12,153 bases of DNA from Okeania sp. (GTDB lineage: Bacteria; Cyanobacteriota; Cyanobacteriia; Cyanobacteriales; Microcoleaceae), in assembly GCF_035285525.1 (NCBI RefSeq), contig NZ_JAYKGW010000066.1:1-12153 (forward strand), given 5' to 3'. Shown here in pieces: positions 6,590-12,153 of the stretch. Under the pieces are notes generated by a model. It searched no databases and was not told where the DNA came from. It worked only from the letters and a program-made list of their open reading frames with translations. A program made the position numbers and the translations under genes. Within the stretch, counting starts at the first letter, position 1. Every line of letters starts with the position of its first letter.

Positions 6590-7450
6590 ATGACTCAATT
6601 TCAATTAACAACTCCTGTAGTTCTAATTATATTTAATCGACCAGATACAACAGAAAAAGTATTTCAGATAATTCGTCAAGTAAAACCTCCTCAATTATTT
6701 GCAATAGCTGATGCTCCTCGTATTAATAAATCAGGAGAATTTGAGAAATGTATGGCAGCAAGAAAGATAATTAATCAAGTTGATTGGAAGTGCGAAGTTT
6801 TAACTAATTATGCTGAGATAAACTTAACTGGTAAAAGAAGAATTCCTAGTGGCTTGAACTGGGTTTTTAGTATGGTTGAATCAGCAATTATATTAGAGGA
6901 TGACTGTTTACCACATCTGACTTTTTTTCAGTTTTGCCAAGAATTATTAGATAGATATCGTCATAATAAAAAAGTAATGGCGATATCTGGAGATAATTTT
7001 TTGTTTGGTCAAAAATATATAGAATCTAGTTATTATTTTTCTCATTATTTTCATGGTTGGGGTTGGGCAACTTGGCGACGAGCATGGCAAAATTTTGACG
7101 ATAAATTGACATTATGGCCTCAATTACGAGATAGTAATAGGTTAAATAATATTCTCTCAAATACTCAGGCAGTTAAATATTGGTCAAACATTTTTGCTAA
7201 GTGCTATGAAAATTATTTAGCTTGGGATTATGCTTGGTTATTTGCTGGTTGGAGTCGTAATAAATTAACAATTATTCCTCGGATAAATTTAGTTTCTAAT
7301 ATTGGTTTTAGCCCAACTGCTACTCATACTAAAGATGTGAATAGTAAGTTTGCTAATATGTCTGTGGAGGAAATGATTTTTCCAATGAATCATCCTGATT
7401 CTATTATTCGTAATATTCAAGCTGACAAATTTACAGAAAAAATCATGTTT
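6590..7450 (+). other. Module 1: GT-A-fold glycosyltransferase (GT2/GNT-I-like, 'HlpA-like')
   Basis: Motifs seen are PVVLIIFNRPDTTEKVFQIIRQVKPPQLFAIADAPR, the acidic motif AIILEDDC and WGWATWRRAW. Confidence 0.6.
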
Positions 7451-10400
7451 AGTGGTAGTTTAGAAGTTCAAAATATTCATTGTAAAGTTTGTGGTTCGGT
7501 ATCTTATAATTTTGATACTGCTAAAGTTTTGAATAAATATAATGTTGATTATTTTCAATGTTCTAATTGTGGGTTTATACAAACGGAAAATCCTTTTTGG
7601 TTAGATGAAGCTTATCAGCAGGCGATCGCTAGTAGTGATGTAGGTTTGGTGTCTAGAAATCAGAATTTTTCTTTGATTACGGAAAATTTGATTCTTAATT
7701 TTTTTGATGCTGATGATAAGTTTTTGGATTATGGTTGTGGATATGGTTTATTTGTCAGGATGATGCGGGATTTGGGATTGGATTTTTATGGATATGATAG
7801 GTATTGTGAAAATATTTTTTATGAAGGATGGGAAGGGGGAATAAATGGGGAGGAAAAATATGAGTTAGTGACTGCTTTTGAGGTGTTTGAACATTTTATA
7901 AATCCTCTGGTAGAGATTGAGAGGATATTGCAAAAAACGAGAAATATTTTGTTTAGTACGAAGTTATTGCCCTCGGATAATCCTGGTGTTAATGATTGGT
8001 GGTATTATGCTTTGGAGGAAGGTCAGCATATTTCTATTTTTACTAGAAAAGCTTTATCTTTTATTGCTCAAAAGTTTAAACTTAATTTATGTTCGGATGG
8101 AGAATCTCTACATCTATTAACTGAGAAAAGTTTATCAAGTTCTGAGTTTTTCAGCATATTTAGGGTGGGTAGATATAAGCCTGAGAAAAGGAAGGAATCT
8201 TTAACGAGATTAGACCATGAAAAGGTGACTGAAAGAAAATCGAAAACTCAGCAGCAGTTAACTGAGGTAGGTTATAAAAATATTACAGAAAGAAAATTGA
8301 AAACTCAGCAGGAAATAACTGAGCTAGGCTATGAAAAATTTACAGAAAGAAAAGGAAAACCTCGGCAGCAACTAACCGAATTAGACTATGAAAATATTGC
8401 AGAAAAGAAACTAAAAAATCAGCAGCAACTAACCGAATTAGACTATGAAAATATTCCTGAAATAAAAGGAAGAGCTAGGCAGGAAATAACTGAAGTAGAT
8501 TATGAAAATCTAGCAGAAAGAAAAGGAATATCTAGGCAGGAAATAACAGAGATAGACTATGAAAATATTGCAGAAAAGAAACTAAAAAATCAGCAGCAAC
8601 TAACCGAATTAGACTATGAAAATATTCCTGAAATAAAAGGAAGAGCTAGGCAGGAAATAACTGAGCTATACTATAAAAATTTTACAGAAAAGAAACTAAA
8701 AAATCAGCAGCAATTAGATTTCAAGGTTCTGATTGATGGTGTATTTTTCCAAATCAATAATACGGGTATTGCTCGTGTCTGGAAGTCTTTGTTGGAAGTA
8801 TGGTCAAAAGATAGTTTTGGGAAAAATATTTTAGTGCTTGACAGATTAAAAACTGCCCCGAAAATTCCTGGCATAAACTATCGTGTTATCCCTGGATATA
8901 ACTACGGTAAAATCAATGAAGACCGTCAAATGTTACAACAAATATGTGATGAAGAAAATGCCGATATTTTTATTTCTACTTATTACACAACACCTATTTC
9001 AACGCCATATATATTTATGGCTTATGATATGATTCCAGAAGTTTTAGCTAAAAGTCTTGATAACCCTTCATGGCAAGAAAAACATCGTGGTATTAAACAG
9101 GCAATTTCTTATATTTCAATTTCTGAAAATACGACTCGCGATTTAGTAAAATATTTCCCTCAAATATCTGGAAATTCTATTAAGGTTGCTCATTGTGGAA
9201 TTGAATCTAAGTTTTCTAGAGCGACTCCTCAAGAAGTTGCTAATTTTAAACAAAAATATCAGATTAATTATCCATACTTTCTGATAGTTGGTGAGAGAAT
9301 AGGTTGGCTTGGTTATAAGAATACTATTTTATTTTTTCAAGCTTTTTATAAATTGGTAAATTCTTCAGAATTTGAGATTGTTTGTATTGGGGGAAGTAAA
9401 AAATTAGAGCCACAGTTAAGCAAATATATTTCTGGTAGTAAAATTCATTTATTGCAAGTAAGTGATGAAGAATTAAAGTCGGCTTATTCAGGAGCGATCG
9501 CTTTAATTTATCCTTCTAAGTATGAGGGTTTTGGATTGCCTATTTTGGAAGGAATGGCTTGTGGTTGTCCGGTTATTACTTGTAAAAATTCTTCGATTCC
9601 TGAAGTGGGAGGAAATGCAGTTTTATATATAGATGATAATGATGTTAATGGGTTAGTAAATGCTTTGGGTGAGGTGCAAAAACCTGAAGTTCGGCAAAGG
9701 TTGATTGCTGTTGGTTTAGCACAAGCTAAAAAGTTTTCTTGGTCGCGAATGGCTAAGATTATGACTGATGTATTTATTCAGACTTTTAATCAAATTAAAG
9801 AAAAGGAATTATCTGCTATTCAAAATAGTAAAAATTCAGATGAAATTACTTTTCAGATAAATCAAGGGCAGTTAAAAATGCAGGTTAAAGAAAAGGAATT
9901 ATCTGCTCTGGAAGATAGGAAAAATTCAGATAAAATTCCTTTTCCAATAAATCAAGAGCAGTTAGAAATGCAGGTTGAAGAAAAGGAATTGTTTGCTATT
10001 CAAGATAATAAAAATTCAGAAGAAATTCCTTTTCAGATAAATCAAGAGCAGTTAAAAATGCAGGTTGAAGAAAAGGAATTATCTGCTGCGGAATATAGGA
10101 AAAATTCAGATGAAATTATATTTCAAATAAATAAAGAATTATCTGCTGTGGAAGATAGGAAAAATTCAGATGAAATTCCTTTTCCAATAAATCAAGAGCA
10201 GTTAAAAATGCAGGTTGAAGAAAAAGAATTATCTGCTGTGGAAGATAGGAAAAATTTAGATGAAACTCGGTTGAAAATAAATCACGGACAGTTAGAAATG
10301 CAGCGTCATTTTGGGAATGTTAATTCTCTAGATGAAGCTATGTTTAAACGAGTAATTACTAAGAATAAAATTGACAATATGTCTCCTCAAGAACTAATGG

Positions 10401-12153
10401 TAGCTTGGGAAGATTCAGTCTTAGATTATACTCAAAAAATTCTTTTAGAAATTCCCGTAAAGCCAAAATGGAAAGTATTAGAAATTGGCTGCGGATTTGG
10501 TTGCTTCATCAAAAAATTCCGAGAAAAATTTGCACGGGTAGATGGTGTAGATATTTCGGAAAATATGATTAATTTTGCTAAACAATATTTGGCTGATGGA
10601 AAACAAAATGGAGAAGTTTATATTAATAATGGCTATGATTTACAACAATTTCCTGACCAAAATTATGACTTTGTTTATGCAACAATTGTATTTCAAAATA
10701 TTCGTTCTATTTCTATAGTCAAAAGTTATTTAAGAGAAACATTTAGAGTGTTAAAACCAGGAGGATATTTCCGACTTCAGGTACAGGATCCTAGCACTCC
10801 AGATTTAGAAAATTTTGATGAGGAAGATGCAAAAGATAAACAATATTATTTTTCTGGGAATGCTTATACTGAGGAACAATTAAAAGATTTATTAATGGGA
10901 GCAGGGTTTAATTTAGTTTCTTTAAAATCTGCTAAACCTTCGATTTGGGCAACGGTAAGGCGAGAAGAAAAAGTAGAAGTAGCTGTAGAACATTTTCCTC
11001 GAATAACTACTCTTAAAAATAATCAAATGAGTATTGAATATCCAGAAATTTCTCCATTGTCAGATAATAATCATCGACCTTTTTGGTCTGTGGTTATTCC
11101 TACTTATAAAAAGGTGAAATATTTAGAACAAACTTTGAAAAGTGTTTTGGAACAAGCTCCTTCTCCAGAGGAAATGCAAATAGAAGTAATTAATGATTGT
11201 CCTGATAATAAAATCCAAAATGAAATAGCAGCTATTGTCCGAAAGGTAGGGGGAGAAAGGGTTAATTTTTATCGGCATTTTCCTCAAGATATTGGTCAAG
11301 CTCCGATTTTTAATGTTTGTCTTCAAAGAGCAAGAGGATATTGGATTCATTTACTCCATGATGATGATTTTGTTTTGCCTGGTTTTTATGAAAAGTTACG
11401 TCGGGGAATAGAAAATAAAACAACTTTAGGAGCAGCATTTTGTCGCCACTATTATATAGATGAAAATGATAATAAAAAGTTTTTGTCTGTGTTGGAAAGA
11501 GACACTCCTGGAGTTATAGAAAAATTTTTAGAAAAGATTACTGTAGAGCAACGTATTCAAGTTGTGGGAATGGTGGTTAAACGTGAAGTTTATGAACAAT
11601 TAGGTGGTTTTTGTGACCAAGCTGTTTCTGCTGCTGACTGGGAAATTTGGAAGCGAATAGCTACTTTTTATCCTATTTGGTTTGAACCGGAAATTTTGGC
11701 TTGTTTCCGTTTACATTCTATTTCGGAAACTTCCCGTTTAATGCAGTCTGGAGGTAATATAGAAAATGCTAGGAAAGCTATAGAAATTACTGAAACTTAT
11801 TTACCAAAAAATATGGCTGAAAATTTATCGAATCAAGCTAGGGAACATTATGCTCTTGAAGCTATGAAAATGGCTGCTTCTATGTTGAAAGGAGGTAATA
11901 CTAATGGAGCGATCGCTCAGATTAGGGAGGGTCTTAGATGTAGTAAGTCTCTTACGGTAATTAATTTATTGGTTTCTATTTTAATTAATGCTGAAACAGA
12001 GGTTGAATCTTCTTTGAGTCAGACAAAAAGTCAGTCTGAAGTATCTTTAAAATCTCAGTCATTAGATTCTAATAAATCTGGAGATATTGATATTGAATCT
12101 TCTTTGAGTCAGACAAAAAGTCAGCCAGAAGTATCTTTAAAATCTCAGTCATT
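6590..12153 (+). CDS. Giant multidomain glycosyltransferase/methyltransferase (GT-A + MTase + GT4 + MTase + GT2 with three repeat regions); 3' end lies beyond the window
   Basis: My manual translation from ATG 6590 (in-frame TAA at 6575-6577 upstream) gives 1854 sense codons and no stop through 12153. The frame was checked at independent motifs: GYG 7727, EGFGLP 9524, EIGCGFG 10481 and VVIPTY 11090 all sit in the phase of 6590. This ORF is not in the supplied track. Confidence 0.9.
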   Translation, partial: MTQFQLTTPVVLIIFNRPDTTEKVFQIIRQVKPPQLFAIADAPRINKSGEFEKCMAARKIINQVDWKCEVLTNYAEINLTGKRRIPSGLNWVFSMVESAIILEDDCLPHLTFFQFCQELLDRYRHNKKVMAISGDNFLFGQKYIESSYYFSHYFHGWGWATWRRAWQNFDDKLTLWPQLRDSNRLNNILSNTQAVKYWSNIFAKCYENYLAWDYAWLFAGWSRNKLTIIPRINLVSNIGFSPTATHTKDVNSKFANMSVEEMIFPMNHPDSIIRNIQADKFTEKIMFSGSLEVQNIHCKVCGSVSYNFDTAKVLNKYNVDYFQCSNCGFIQTENPFWLDEAYQQAIASSDVGLVSRNQNFSLITENLILNFFDADDKFLDYGCGYGLFVRMMRDLGLDFYGYDRYCENIFYEGWEGGINGEEKYELVTAFEVFEHFINPLVEIERILQKTRNILFSTKLLPSDNPGVNDWWYYALEEGQHISIFTRKALSFIAQKFKLNLCSDGESLHLLTEKSLSSSEFFSIFRVGRYKPEKRKESLTRLDHEKVTERKSKTQQQLTEVGYKNITERKLKTQQEITELGYEKFTERKGKPRQQLTELDYENIAEKKLKNQQQLTELDYENIPEIKGRARQEITEVDYENLAERKGISRQEITEIDYENIAEKKLKNQQQLTELDYENIPEIKGRARQEITELYYKNFTEKKLKNQQQLDFKVLIDGVFFQINNTGIARVWKSLLEVWSKDSFGKNILVLDRLKTAPKIPGINYRVIPGYNYGKINEDRQMLQQICDEENADIFISTYYTTPISTPYIFMAYDMIPEVLAKSLDNPSWQEKHRGIKQAISYISISENTTRDLVKYFPQISGNSIKVAHCGIESKFSRATPQEVANFKQKYQINYPYFLIVGERIGWLGYKNTILFFQAFYKLVNSSEFEIVCIGGSKKLEPQLSKYISGSKIHLLQVSDEELKSAYSGAIALIYPSKYEGFGLPILEGMACGCPVITCKNSSIPEVGGNAVLYIDDNDVNGLVNALGEVQKPEVRQRLIAVGLAQAKKFSWSRMAKIMTDVFIQTFNQIKEKELSAIQNSKNSDEITFQINQGQLKMQVKEKELSALEDRKNSDKIPFPINQEQLEMQVEEKELFAIQDNKNSEEIPFQINQEQLKMQVEEKELSAAEYRKNSDEIIFQINKELSAVEDRKNSDEIPFPINQEQLKMQVEEKELSAVEDRKNLDETRLKINHGQLEMQRHFGNVNSLDEAMFKRVITKNKIDNMSPQELMVAWEDSVLDYTQKILLEIPVKPKWKVLEIGCGFGCFIKKFREKFARVDGVDISENMINFAKQYLADGKQNGEVYINNGYDLQQFPDQNYDFVYATIVFQNIRSISIVKSYLRETFRVLKPGGYFRLQVQDPSTPDLENFDEEDAKDKQYYFSGNAYTEEQLKDLLMGAGFNLVSLKSAKPSIWATVRREEKVEVAVEHFPRITTLKNNQMSIEYPEISPLSDNNHRPFWSVVIPTYKKVKYLEQTLKSVLEQAPSPEEMQIEVINDCPDNKIQNEIAAIVRKVGGERVNFYRHFPQDIGQAPIFNVCLQRARGYWIHLLHDDDFVLPGFYEKLRRGIENKTTLGAAFCRHYYIDENDNKKFLSVLERDTPGVIEKFLEKITVEQRIQVVGMVVKREVYEQLGGFCDQAVSAADWEIWKRIATFYPIWFEPEILACFRLHSISETSRLMQSGGNIENARKAIEITETYLPKNMAENLSNQAREHYALEAMKMAASMLKGGNTNGAIAQIREGLRCSKSLTVINLLVSILINAETEVESSLSQTKSQSEVSLKSQSLDSNKSGDIDIESSLSQTKSQPEVSLKSQS
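7457..8200 (+). other. Module 2: zinc-ribbon plus class I SAM-dependent methyltransferase
   Basis: The zinc ribbon is CKVCGS...CSNCG. Motif I is FLDYGCGYGLF, followed by LVTAFEVFEHF. Confidence 0.7.
8210..8722 (+). repeat. Repeat region R1: 57-nt (19-aa) in-frame tandem repeat x9
   Basis: Units begin at 8210, 8267, 8324, 8381, 8438, 8495, 8552, 8609 and 8666. The consensus is LDYENIAEKKLKNQQQLTE, alternating with LDYENIPEIKGRARQEITE. The 112-nt stretch 8382-8493 is identical to 8553-8664, which indicates a 171-nt higher-order duplication. Confidence 0.95.
8723..9793 (+). other. Module 3: GT-B-fold glycosyltransferase (CAZy GT4 / Pfam Glycos_transf_1 type)
   Basis: Motifs seen are KVLIDGVFFQINNTGIARVW and IALIYPSKYEGFGLPILEGMACGCPVITCKNSSIPEVGG. 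Confidence 0.85.
9797..10306 (+). repeat. Repeat region R2: 90-nt (30-aa) in-frame tandem repeat, 6 units with one 30-nt in-frame deletion
   Basis: Units begin at 9797, 9887, 9977, 10067, 10133 and 10217. The consensus is EEKELSAVEDRKNSDEIPFPINQEQLKMQV. Units 4 and 5 are 66 and 84 nt, so 10 codons are missing across their junction. Confidence 0.95.
10307..10985 (+). other. Module 4: class I SAM-dependent methyltransferase (Methyltransf_11/25-like)
   Basis: Motif I is KVLEIGCGFG, post-I is VDGVDIS, and RVLKPGGYFRLQ is also present. Confidence 0.8.
11075..11810 (+). other. Module 5: GT2-family (GT-A) glycosyltransferase
   Basis: Motifs seen are RPFWSVVIPTYKKVKYLEQTLKSVLEQ, EVINDCPDN and WIHLLHDDDF (DxD). 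A helical tail follows, including GNTNGAIAQIREGL. Confidence 0.85.
12002..12153 (+). repeat. Repeat region R3: 90-nt (30-aa) Ser-rich in-frame tandem repeat, at least 1.7 units, cut by the window end
   Basis: 12003-12063 matches 12093-12153 at 59 of 61 positions. The unit is (V/I)ESSLSQTKSQ(S/P)EVSLKSQSLDSNKSGDID. Confidence 0.85.

Noticed and set aside
7917-8120. 67-aa + strand ORF from the track
   Set aside because: It is out of frame inside the giant ORF (its phase differs from 6590) and overlaps the clearly coding first methyltransferase module.
11123-11350. 75-aa - strand ORF from the track
   Set aside because: It is antisense to the GT2 module of the giant ORF and has no motifs.

Overview
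The window looks cyanobacterial and probably heterocystous, Nostocales-like. HIP1 octamers (GCGATCGC) occur at 1053, 4104, 7622, 9494 and 11909, and there are several STRR-like heptamer repeat tracts. Layout, left to right: (1) 1-640 is a non-coding, degenerate repeat array. (2) 774-2615 (-) is an intact ftsH with a GTG start, an AAGGAG Shine-Dalgarno and hairpins downstream of the stop. (3) 2616-3220 is a repeat-rich intergenic region. (4) 3221-6467 holds two decaying methyltransferase genes. One carries a single in-frame TAA. The other is a TPR-FkbM fusion with three in-frame stops and a TA-slippage frameshift. It is also split by a 1.6-kb tnpB-only IS200/IS605-family element (4697-6305), which carries a small RHH gene where tnpA would sit. 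(5) The main finding is a giant reading frame that is absent from the supplied ORF track. It starts at ATG 6590 and is still open at the last base of the window (at least 1854 codons). It encodes five fused catalytic modules in the order GT-A, MTase, GT4, MTase, GT2, with three unrelated families of in-frame tandem repeats (57, 90 and 90 nt) after the second, third and fifth modules. I read it as a single-polypeptide glycan polymerisation and methylation assembly line whose repeats act as expandable spacers. All domain calls rest on motifs I recognised by eye in my own translation. No database search was possible.
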